This document shows positions 54,873 to 64,000 of a DNA stretch of 64,000 nt, piece after piece. Position 1 is the first letter of the stretch. Each line of letters opens with the position of its first letter. Position numbers and translations under genes: made by a program. This stretch comes from Escherichia coli. GTDB lineage: Bacteria; Pseudomonadota; Gammaproteobacteria; Enterobacterales; Enterobacteriaceae. The stretch lies in the NCBI RefSeq assembly GCF_002854065.1, contig NZ_CP024147.1, one strand, 5' to 3'. The notes below the pieces were generated by a model. That model was not told the DNA's origin and did no database searches. It saw nothing but the letters and a program-made list of their open reading frames with translations.

Positions 54873-56003
54873 GTGAAAGTACTGACTGTATTTGGTACGC
54901 GCCCGGAAGCCATCAAGATGGCTCCGTTGGTGCATGCGTTGGCAAAAGATCCTTTTTTTGAGGCTAAAGTTTGCGTCACTGCGCAGCATCGGGAGATGCT
55001 CGATCAGGTGCTGAAACTCTTTTCCATTGTACCTGACTACGATCTCAACATAATGCAGCCAGGACAGGGCCTGACAGAGATAACCTGTCGGATTCTGGAA
55101 GGGCTAAAACCTATTCTTGCCGAGTTCAAACCAGACGTCGTGCTGGTTCACGGCGACACAACGACGACGCTGGCAACCAGCCTGGCGGCGTTTTATCAGC
55201 GTATTCCTGTTGGTCACGTTGAGGCTGGTTTACGCACGGGCGATCTCTATTCGCCGTGGCCGGAAGAGGCTAACCGTACATTGACCGGGCATCTGGCGAT
55301 GTATCATTTCTCTCCAACCGAAACTTCCCGGCAAAACTTGCTGCGTGAAAACGTTGCAGATAGCCGAATCTTCATTACCGGTAATACAGTCATTGATGCA
55401 CTGTTATGGGTGCGTGACCAGGTGATGAGCAGCGACACGCTGCGTTCAGAACTTGCGGCAAATTACCCGTTTATCGACCCCGATAAAAAGATGATTCTGG
55501 TGACCGGTCACAGGCGTGAAAGCTTCGGTCGTGGCTTTGAAGAAATCTGCCACGCGCTGGCAGACATCGCCACCACGCACCAGGACATCCAGATTGTCTA
55601 TCCGGTGCATCTCAACCCGAACGTCAGAGAGCCGGTCAATCGCATTCTGGGGCATGTGAAAAATGTCATTCTGATCGATCCCCAGGAGTATTTACCGTTT
55701 GTCTGGCTGATGAACCACGCCTGGCTGATTTTGACCGACTCAGGCGGCATTCAGGAAGAAGCGCCTTCGCTGGGGAAACCGGTGCTGGTGATGCGCGATA
55801 CCACTGAGCGTCCGGAAGCGGTGACGGCGGGTACGGTGCGTCTGGTAGGCACGGATAAGCAGCGAATTGTCGAGGAAGTGACGCGTCTTTTAAAAGACGA
55901 AAACGAATATCAAACTATGAGCCGCGCCCATAACCCGTATGGTGATGGTCAGGCATGCTCTCGCATTCTGGAAGCGTTAAAAAATAATCGGATATCACTA
56001 TGA
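54873..56003 (+). CDS. wecB: UDP-N-acetylglucosamine 2-epimerase
   Basis: Start placed at GTG giving [20 protein letters not shown] (376 aa). Confidence 0.93.
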   Translation: MKVLTVFGTRPEAIKMAPLVHALAKDPFFEAKVCVTAQHREMLDQVLKLFSIVPDYDLNIMQPGQGLTEITCRILEGLKPILAEFKPDVVLVHGDTTTTLATSLAAFYQRIPVGHVEAGLRTGDLYSPWPEEANRTLTGHLAMYHFSPTETSRQNLLRENVADSRIFITGNTVIDALLWVRDQVMSSDTLRSELAANYPFIDPDKKMILVTGHRRESFGRGFEEICHALADIATTHQDIQIVYPVHLNPNVREPVNRILGHVKNVILIDPQEYLPFVWLMNHAWLILTDSGGIQEEAPSLGKPVLVMRDTTERPEAVTAGTVRLVGTDKQRIVEEVTRLLKDENEYQTMSRAHNPYGDGQACSRILEALKNNRISL

Positions 56004-57262
56004 GTTTTGCGACCATTTCTGTTATCGGACTGGGTTACATCGGGCTGCCTACAGCAGCAGCGTTTGCCTCACGGCAAAAACAGGTGATTGGTGTCGATAT
56101 CAACCAACACGCGGTTGATACCATCAATCGTGGCGAAATCCATATCGTCGAGCCTGATTTGGCGAGCGTAGTAAAAACTGCCGTAGAAGGCGGTTTTTTA
56201 CGAGCGAGCACGACGCCAGTTGAAGCGGATGCCTGGCTGATTGCTGTACCCACGCCGTTTAAAGGCGATCATGAGCCAGATATGACCTACGTTGAATCGG
56301 CTGCTCGCTCCATTGCGCCAGTGCTGAAAAAAGGCGCGCTGGTGATCCTTGAATCCACCTCGCCGGTGGGGTCAACCGAGAAGATGGCAGAATGGTTAGC
56401 AGAGATGCGTCCGGATCTCACTTTCCCACAGCAGGTGGGCGAGCAGGCGGACGTCAACATTGCTTACTGCCCGGAACGCGTGTTACCGGGCCAGGTTATG
56501 GTCGAGCTGATTAAAAACGATCGCGTGATTGGTGGTATGACGCCGGTTTGTTCGGCCCGCGCCAGCGAACTGTACAAAATTTTCCTCGAAGGTGAGTGTG
56601 TCGTCACTAACTCGCGGACGGCGGAAATGTGTAAGCTCACCGAAAACAGCTTCCGCGATGTGAATATCGCTTTTGCTAATGAATTGTCGCTGATTTGTGC
56701 CGATCAGGGGATTAACGTCTGGGAACTGATTCGCTTGGCGAATCGTCACCCTCGCGTTAATATTCTTCAGCCTGGCCCTGGCGTGGGCGGTCACTGCATT
56801 GCTGTTGATCCGTGGTTTATCGTGGCACAGAACCCCCAGCAGGCGCGGCTTATCCGTACCGCGCGCGAAGTGAACGATCACAAACCGTTCTGGGTTATCG
56901 ATCAGGTGAAAGCGGCGGTGGCTGATTGCCTGGCGGCTACCGATAAACGCGCCAGTGAACTGAAAATCGCCTGCTTTGGTCTGGCGTTTAAACCGAATAT
57001 TGATGACCTGCGCGAAAGCCCGGCGATGGAAATCGCTGAACTGATCGCCCAGTGGCATAGCGGCGAAACTCTGGTTGTTGAGCCTAACATCCACCAGTTG
57101 CCGAAAAAACTGACCGGGCTTTGTACTCTGGCGCAGCTTGACGAGGCGCTGGCAACGGCAGACGTGCTGGTGATGCTGGTCGATCATAGTCAGTTCAAAG
57201 TTATCAATGGCGACAATGTCCATCAGCAGTATGTCGTCGATGCCAAAGGAGTCTGGCGCTGA
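56000..57262 (+). CDS. wecC: UDP-N-acetyl-D-mannosamine dehydrogenase
   Basis: 420-aa ORF with NAD-binding motif GLGYIGLP; overlaps the wecB stop (ATGA). Confidence 0.95.
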   Translation: MSFATISVIGLGYIGLPTAAAFASRQKQVIGVDINQHAVDTINRGEIHIVEPDLASVVKTAVEGGFLRASTTPVEADAWLIAVPTPFKGDHEPDMTYVESAARSIAPVLKKGALVILESTSPVGSTEKMAEWLAEMRPDLTFPQQVGEQADVNIAYCPERVLPGQVMVELIKNDRVIGGMTPVCSARASELYKIFLEGECVVTNSRTAEMCKLTENSFRDVNIAFANELSLICADQGINVWELIRLANRHPRVNILQPGPGVGGHCIAVDPWFIVAQNPQQARLIRTAREVNDHKPFWVIDQVKAAVADCLAATDKRASELKIACFGLAFKPNIDDLRESPAMEIAELIAQWHSGETLVVEPNIHQLPKKLTGLCTLAQLDEALATADVLVMLVDHSQFKVINGDNVHQQYVVDAKGVWR

Positions 57263-58329
57263 TGAGAAAAATTCTGATAACAGGTGGTGCCGGGTTTATT
57301 GGCTCGGCGCTGGTGCGTTATATCATCAACGAAACGAGCGACGCGGTGGTAGTGGTCGATAAGCTGACCTACGCCGGAAACCTGATGTCGCTGGCACCGG
57401 TCGCGCAAAGCGAGCGCTTTGCCTTTGAGAAAGTTGATATCTGCGATCGGGCAGAACTGGCGCGCGTATTCACTGAGCATCAGCCAGACTGTGTCATGCA
57501 TCTGGCAGCCGAAAGCCATGTTGACCGTTCTATTGACGGCCCGGCAGCGTTTATTGAAACCAACATTGTCGGGACTTATACATTGCTTGAAGCGGCGCGG
57601 GCTTACTGGAATGCGCTAACGGAAGATAAAAAATCAGCGTTCCGTTTTCATCATATCTCCACTGACGAAGTATATGGTGACCTGCACTCGACGGATGATT
57701 TCTTCACCGAAACCACGCCGTATGCGCCGAGCAGCCCTTATTCCGCGTCAAAAGCCAGCAGCGACCATCTGGTGCGCGCCTGGCTGCGGACCTATGGTCT
57801 GCCGACGCTTATCACCAACTGCTCGAATAACTACGGCCCTTACCACTTTCCGGAAAAACTGATCCCGCTGATGATCCTCAACGCGCTGGCGGGTAAATCG
57901 CTGCCGGTATATGGCAACGGGCAGCAAATCCGTGACTGGCTGTATGTGGAAGATCACGCCCGCGCGCTGTATTGCGTGGCGACCACCGGGAAAGTCGGTG
58001 AAACCTATAATATTGGTGGTCACAACGAGCGTAAGAATCTCGATGTTGTGGAAACCATTTGCGAGCTGCTGGAAGAACTGGCTCCGAACAAGCCGCACGG
58101 CGTGGCGCACTATCGTGACCTGATCACCTTTGTCGCTGACCGTCCGGGGCATGATCTGCGTTATGCCATTGATGCTTCGAAAATTGCCCATGAACTTGGC
58201 TGGCTGCCGCAGGAAACCTTTGAAAGTGGAATGCGTAAAACGGTGCAGTGGTATCTGGCTAATGAAAGCTGGTGGAAGCAGGTGCAGGACGGCAGCTATC
58301 AGGGCGAGCGTTTAGGTCTGAAAGGCTAA
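57262..58329 (+). CDS. rffG: dTDP-glucose 4,6-dehydratase (ECA-cluster paralog)
   Basis: 355-aa ORF with SDR motifs GGAGFIGS and YSASK. Confidence 0.93.
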   Translation: MRKILITGGAGFIGSALVRYIINETSDAVVVVDKLTYAGNLMSLAPVAQSERFAFEKVDICDRAELARVFTEHQPDCVMHLAAESHVDRSIDGPAAFIETNIVGTYTLLEAARAYWNALTEDKKSAFRFHHISTDEVYGDLHSTDDFFTETTPYAPSSPYSASKASSDHLVRAWLRTYGLPTLITNCSNNYGPYHFPEKLIPLMILNALAGKSLPVYGNGQQIRDWLYVEDHARALYCVATTGKVGETYNIGGHNERKNLDVVETICELLEELAPNKPHGVAHYRDLITFVADRPGHDLRYAIDASKIAHELGWLPQETFESGMRKTVQWYLANESWWKQVQDGSYQGERLGLKG

Positions 58330-58347
58330 TTTTCAGCGGAGGCAAAC

Positions 58348-59229
58348 ATGAAAGGTATTATCCTGGCGGGCGGTTCCGGCACCCGATTGCATCCGATTAC
58401 GCGCGGCGTATCGAAGCAACTGTTGCCGATTTACGATAAGCCAATGATTTACTATCCGCTGTCGGTGCTGATGCTGGCCGGTATCCGCGAAATTCTCATC
58501 ATCACTACGCCGGAAGATAAAGGTTATTTCCAGCGCCTGCTGGGCGATGGTAGTGAGTTCGGTATCCAGCTGGAATATGCCGAACAGCCCAGCCCGGACG
58601 GTCTGGCGCAGGCCTTTATCATCGGTGAAACCTTCCTTAATGGTGAACCTTCTTGTCTGGTGCTGGGCGATAACATCTTCTTCGGTCAGGGCTTCAGTCC
58701 GAAGCTGCGTCATGTTGCGGCGCGCACGGAAGGGGCGACGGTTTTTGGCTATCAGGTGATGGACCCGGAACGCTTTGGCGTGGTGGAGTTTGACGACAAT
58801 TTCCGCGCTATCTCGCTGGAAGAAAAGCCAAAACAGCCGAAGTCAAACTGGGCGGTGACCGGGCTTTATTTCTACGACAGTAAAGTCGTGGAGTACGCAA
58901 AGCAGGTGAAGCCGTCGGAGCGTGGTGAACTGGAGATTACCTCCATCAACCAGATGTACCTCGAGGCGGGCAACCTGACCGTTGAACTGCTCGGGCGCGG
59001 ATTTGCCTGGCTGGACACTGGCACTCACGACAGCCTGATTGAAGCCAGCACCTTTGTACAGACGGTGGAAAAACGCCAGGGCTTTAAGATTGCCTGCCTG
59101 GAAGAGATCGCCTGGCGTAACGGCTGGCTCGATGACGAGGGTGTGAAGCGTGCTGCCAGTTCATTAGCGAAAACTGGCTACGGCCAATATCTGCTGGAGT
59201 TACTTCGTGCCCGTCCGCGCCAGTATTGA
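58348..59229 (+). CDS. rffH: Glucose-1-phosphate thymidylyltransferase (ECA-cluster paralog)
   Basis: 293-aa ORF with N-terminal motif [18 protein letters not shown]. Confidence 0.93.
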
Positions 59230-59881
59230 GCCACTAACTTGGGAAAACGCCTTCTTTGGTGTTAACAGCGCCATCGTGCGCATTACGTCTGAAGCACCGC
59301 TCCTGACGCCAGACGCGTTAGCGCCGTGGTCACGGGTGCAGGCCAAAATTGCGGCATCAAATACGGGTGAACTGGATGCCCTGCAACAGCTGGGATTCTC
59401 CCTGGTAGAAGGTGAAGTTGATTTGGCGCTACCCGTGAACAATGCCAGTGATAGCGGTGCTGTAGTGGCACAAGAGACCGATATTCCCGCATTACGTCAG
59501 TTAGCCAGCGCCGCATTTGCGCAAAGCCGTTTTCGTGCGCCGTGGTATGCGCCTGACGCCAGCAGTCGCTTTTATGCACAGTGGATTGAAAATGCCGTGC
59601 GCGGCACCTTTGATCATCAATGTCTGATTTTACGTGCGGCGTCCGGCGATATTCGCGGCTATGTCTCTTTACGGGAACTCAATGCGACAGATGCGCGAAT
59701 AGGCCTGCTGGCTGGACGCGGTGCAGGTGCTGAGCTGATGCAAACGGCGCTAAACTGGGCGTATGCTCGCGGTAAAACAACTTTGCGGGTGGCGACCCAA
59801 ATGGGCAACACCGCCGCGCTTAAACGATACATACAAAGTGGTGCGAATGTAGAAAGCACCGCGTACTGGTTATACAGGTGA
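59207..59881 (+). CDS. wecD: dTDP-fucosamine acetyltransferase (GNAT)
   Basis: 224-aa ORF from a GTG start overlapping the rffH 3' end by 23 bp; start is the least certain in the cluster. Confidence 0.8.
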
Positions 59882-59885
59882 TCAC

Positions 59886-61016
59886 ATGATTCCATTTAAC
59901 GCACCGCCGGTGGTGGGAACCGAACTCGACTATATGCAGTCGGCAATGGGTAGCGGCAAACTGTGTGGCGATGGCGGTTTTACCCGTCGCTGCCAGCAGT
60001 GGCTGGAGCAACGTTTTGGCAGCGTCAAAGTGTTACTGACGCCGTCCTGCACCGCTTCGCTGGAGATGGCGGCGCTGCTGCTCGATATCCAGCCTGGCGA
60101 TGAAGTGATCATGCCGAGCTACACCTTTGTCTCCACCGCCAATGCCTTTGTGCTGCGTGGCGCGAAAATCGTCTTTGTGGATGTTCGCCCGGACACCATG
60201 AACATCGACGAAACGCTGATTGAAGCGGCGATCACCGACAAAACGCGCGTTATCGTGCCGGTCCATTACGCGGGTGTGGCCTGCGAAATGGACACCATTA
60301 TGGCGTTGGCGAAAAAGCATAATCTGTTTGTGGTGGAAGATGCTGCTCAGGGCGTGATGTCCACTTACAAAGGGCGTGCACTGGGAACCATTGGTCATAT
60401 TGGCTGCTTTAGCTTCCATGAAACCAAAAACTACACGGCGGGTGGTGAAGGCGGCGCGACGCTGATTAACGATAAAGCGTTAATCGAACGAGCCGAGATC
60501 ATCCGTGAAAAAGGCACTAACCGCAGCCAGTTCTTCCGTGGTCAGGTCGATAAATATACCTGGCGCGATATTGGCTCCAGCTATTTGATGTCCGATCTGC
60601 AAGCTGCGTACCTGTGGGCGCAACTGGAAGCAGCGGATCGTATCAACCAGCAACGTCTGGCGCTGTGGCAAAACTACTACGATGCGTTAGCGCCTCTGGC
60701 GAAAGCCGGGCGTATCGAGCTGCCGTCGATTCCCGATGGCTGCGTGCAGAACGCGCATATGTTCTACATTAAACTGCGGGATATTGATGACCGGAGCGCG
60801 TTGATTAACTTTCTGAAAGAAGCGGAAATCATGGCGGTGTTCCATTACATTCCGCTGCACGGTTGCCCTGCGGGGGAACGCTTTGGTGAGTTCCACGGTG
60901 AAGATCGCTACACCACCAAAGAGAGCGAGCGCCTGCTGCGCCTGCCGCTGTTCTACAACCTGTCGCCCGTCAATCAGCGTACGGTAATTGCGACTTTGTT
61001 GAACTACTTCTCCTGA
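59886..61016 (+). CDS. wecE: dTDP-4-keto-6-deoxy-D-glucose aminotransferase (DegT/AHBA family, PLP-dependent)
   Basis: 376-aa ORF (MIPFNAPPVVGTELDYMQSAMGSGKLCGDGGFTRRCQQWLEQ...). Confidence 0.93.
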   Translation: MIPFNAPPVVGTELDYMQSAMGSGKLCGDGGFTRRCQQWLEQRFGSVKVLLTPSCTASLEMAALLLDIQPGDEVIMPSYTFVSTANAFVLRGAKIVFVDVRPDTMNIDETLIEAAITDKTRVIVPVHYAGVACEMDTIMALAKKHNLFVVEDAAQGVMSTYKGRALGTIGHIGCFSFHETKNYTAGGEGGATLINDKALIERAEIIREKGTNRSQFFRGQVDKYTWRDIGSSYLMSDLQAAYLWAQLEAADRINQQRLALWQNYYDALAPLAKAGRIELPSIPDGCVQNAHMFYIKLRDIDDRSALINFLKEAEIMAVFHYIPLHGCPAGERFGEFHGEDRYTTKESERLLRLPLFYNLSPVNQRTVIATLLNYFS

Positions 61017-61017
61017 T

Positions 61018-62268
61018 ATGTCGTTGGCAAAAGCGTCCTTGTGGACGGCGGCCAGTACACTGGTCAAGATTGGTGCCGGGTTACTGGTCGGTAAGTTGCT
61101 GGCGGTGTCATTTGGTCCGGCGGGGCTTGGGCTGGCGGCAAATTTCCGCCAGTTGATTACCGTGCTCGGCGTGCTTGCCGGGGCTGGCATCTTTAACGGT
61201 GTAACCAAATACGTTGCCCAGTACCATGATAATCCGCAACAGCTGCGCCGCGTGGTCGGCACTTCATCAGCGATGGTACTTGGTTTCTCTACGCTGATGG
61301 CGCTGGTTTTTGTGCTGGCAGCTGCGCCAATCAGCCAGGGATTGTTTGGTAATACCGACTATCAGGGGCTGGTGCGTTTAGTGGCGCTGGTGCAAATGGG
61401 GATTGCCTGGGGCAACCTGTTACTGGCGCTGATGAAAGGCTTTCGCGATGCCGCAGGTAATGCGTTATCGCTGATTGTCGGCAGCTTGATTGGCGTTCTC
61501 GCGTACTACGTCAGTTACCGTTTGGGCGGTTATGAAGGGGCGTTGCTGGGTCTGGCGCTGATTCCCGCGCTGGTGGTGATTCCTGCCGCCATCATGTTGA
61601 TCAAACGTGGTGTCATCCCGTTAAGCTATCTGAAACCCAGCTGGGATAACGGTTTGGCAGGGCAGTTGAGCAAATTTACGCTCATGGCGTTGATTACGTC
61701 GGTGACCTTGCCTGTTGCTTACATCATGATGCGTAAACTGCTGGCGGCGCAGTATAGCTGGGATGAGGTGGGGATCTGGCAAGGGGTGAGCAGTATTTCC
61801 GATGCCTACCTGCAATTTATTACGGCATCGTTCAGCGTATATTTGCTGCCCACGTTGTCGCGGCTAACGGAAAAGCGCGATATCACCCGGGAAGTGGTTA
61901 AATCGCTGAAATTCGTCTTACCGGCAGTGGCGGCGGCGAGTTTTACCGTCTGGTTGCTGCGTGATTTTGCTATCTGGCTGCTGTTGTCGAATAAATTTAC
62001 CGCTATGCGCGATCTCTTTGCCTGGCAGTTAGTGGGTGATGTGTTAAAAGTGGGCGCTTATGTCTTTGGTTATCTGGTGATCGCCAAAGCTTCACTGCGG
62101 TTTTATATTCTGGCGGAAGTCAGCCAGTTCACTTTATTGATGGTATTTGCCCACTGGCTAATCCCTGCACATGGTGCACTGGGCGCGGCGCAGGCCTATA
62201 TGGCAACCTATATCGTCTATTTTTCTCTTTGTTGTGGCGTGTTTTTACTCTGGCGTAGGCGGGCATGA
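61018..62268 (+). CDS. wzxE: ECA lipid III flippase (Wzx family)
   Basis: 416-aa polytopic membrane ORF. Confidence 0.9.
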   Translation: MSLAKASLWTAASTLVKIGAGLLVGKLLAVSFGPAGLGLAANFRQLITVLGVLAGAGIFNGVTKYVAQYHDNPQQLRRVVGTSSAMVLGFSTLMALVFVLAAAPISQGLFGNTDYQGLVRLVALVQMGIAWGNLLLALMKGFRDAAGNALSLIVGSLIGVLAYYVSYRLGGYEGALLGLALIPALVVIPAAIMLIKRGVIPLSYLKPSWDNGLAGQLSKFTLMALITSVTLPVAYIMMRKLLAAQYSWDEVGIWQGVSSISDAYLQFITASFSVYLLPTLSRLTEKRDITREVVKSLKFVLPAVAAASFTVWLLRDFAIWLLLSNKFTAMRDLFAWQLVGDVLKVGAYVFGYLVIAKASLRFYILAEVSQFTLLMVFAHWLIPAHGALGAAQAYMATYIVYFSLCCGVFLLWRRRA

Positions 62269-63344
62269 CTGTACTGATTCACGTACTGGGATCGGATATC
62301 CCTCACCATAACCGAACCGTTTTGCGGTTTTTCAATGACGCGCTGGCCGCGACGAGCGAGCACGCGCGCGAGTTTATGGTTGTTGGCAAGGACGACGGCT
62401 TAAGTGATAGCTGTCCGGCGCTTTCTGTGCAATTTTTCCCTGGGAAAAAATCGCTGGCGGAAGCGGTCATCGCGAAAGCAAAAGCTAACCGTCAGCAGCG
62501 TTTTTTCTTCCACGGTCAGTTCAATCCCAAACTGTGGCTGGCTTTGCTGAGTGGTGGCATTAAGTCCCGCCAGTTTTTCTGGCATATCTGGGGGGCAGAT
62601 CTGTATGAGCTTTCCAGTGGCTTGAGATATAAGCTTTTTTACCCGCTACGTCGCCTGGCGCAAAAGCGAGTCGGCTGTGTATTTGCCACCCGCGGTGATT
62701 TGAGCTTTTTTGCCAAAACGCATCCAAAGGTGCGGGGCGAACTGCTGTACTTCCCGACGCGGATGGATCCTTCTCTCAATACGATGGCGAACGATCGGCA
62801 ACGTGAAGGGAAAATGACCATTCTGGTGGGGAACTCCGGCGACCGCAGCAATGAGCATATTGCTGCCTTGCGCGCCGTTCATCAGCAATTTGGCGATACG
62901 GTAAAAGTGGTGGTGCCGATGGGATATCCGCCTAATAACGAAGCGTACATCGAGGAAGTTCGTCAGGCGGGGCTGGAGTTATTCAGCGAAGAAAATCTGC
63001 AAGTTCTGAGTGAAAAACTGGAATTTGACGCCTATCTCACGCTACTTCGTCAGTGCGATCTTGGTTACTTTATTTTTGCCCGCCAGCAGGGCATTGGTAC
63101 GCTGTGCTTACTGATTCAGGCGGGTATTCCTTGTGTGCTTAACCGGGAAAATCCGTTCTGGCAGGATATGACGGAACAGCATTTGCCGGTGCTGTTTACT
63201 ACCGACGATCTCAACGAGGATATTGTGCGTGAAGCGCAGCGCCAGTTGGCGTCGGTGGATAAAAACACCATTGCCTTCTTTAGCCCTAACTATCTACAAG
63301 GCTGGCAGCGGGCGTTGGCGATTGCCGCCGGGGAGGTCGCATGA
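62265..63344 (+). CDS. wecF: TDP-Fuc4NAc:lipid II Fuc4NAc transferase
   Basis: 359-aa ORF overlapping the wzxE stop (ATGA). Confidence 0.9.
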
Positions 63345-64000
63345 GTCTGCTGCAATTCAGTGGCCTGTTTGTGGTCTGGCTGCTCTGCACGCTGTTTATT
63401 GCCACGCTGACCTGGTTTGAGTTTCGCCGTGTGCGCTTTAACTTCAATGTCTTCTTTTCATTGCTGTTTTTGCTCACCTTTTTCTTCGGCTTCCCGCTGA
63501 CCAGCGTGCTGGTATTTCGCTTTGATGTTGGTGTCGCGCCGCCAGAAATCTTGTTGCAGGCGTTGCTTTCTGCGGGCTGCTTCTACGCGGTTTACTATGT
63601 CACCTACAAAACCCGCCTACGCAAACGCGTTGCTGATGTACCGCGCCGTCCGCTGTTTACCATGAATCGCGTGGAGACCAATCTTACGTGGGTGATCCTG
63701 ATGGGTATCGCGCTGGTAAGCGTCGGCATCTTCTTCATGCACAACGGCTTTTTGCTGTTCCGGCTTAACTCCTACAGTCAGATCTTTTCCAGTGAAGTCT
63801 CCGGCGTGGCGTTAAAACGCTTCTTTTACTTTTTCATCCCGGCGATGCTGGTGGTCTACTTTCTGCGCCAGGACAGCAAAGCGTGGCTGTTTTTCCTCGT
63901 CAGCACGGTCGCCTTTGGCTTGCTGACTTATATGATTGTCGGCGGCACTCGCGCCAATATCATCATCGCATTCGCTATCTTCCTGTTTATTGGCATTATT
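63341..64000 (+). CDS. wzyE: ECA polymerase (Wzy family); N-terminal 220 codons, continues beyond the window
   Basis: ATG at 63341 overlapping the wecF stop (ATGA); open hydrophobic frame ([28 protein letters not shown]...) to the window end; absent from the ORF track because no stop occurs in the window. Confidence 0.85.

Overview
This window is a contiguous stretch of Escherichia coli-type core chromosome around the replication origin; I found no mobile element, CRISPR array, prophage, defence island or candidate novel system in it. Gene order, left to right: glmU (partial) - atpCDGAHFEBI (ATP synthase, minus strand) - rsmG/mnmG - oriC - mioC - asnC/asnA - viaA/ravA - kup - rbsDACBKR - hsrA - yieP - rrnC operon (16S, tRNA-Glu, 23S, 5S, tRNA-Asp, tRNA-Trp) - hdfR - maoP(yifE) - yifB - ilvL/ilvX/ilvGMEDA - ilvY/ilvC - ppiC - rep - gppA - rhlB - trxA - rhoL/rho - enterobacterial common antigen cluster wecA to wzyE (partial). 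Gene calls rest on reading the supplied translations against well-known E. coli proteins and on synteny; no database search was run, so start codons and RNA ends are approximate to a few nucleotides. Features read directly from the sequence include the oriC 13-mers, DnaA boxes and GATC cluster, the rrn P1/P2 promoters, the ilv attenuator, the rbs operator palindrome and several terminators. The only strain-level point of note is a full-length ilvG reading frame. The findings are therefore mostly confirmations of known biology, scored low to moderate.
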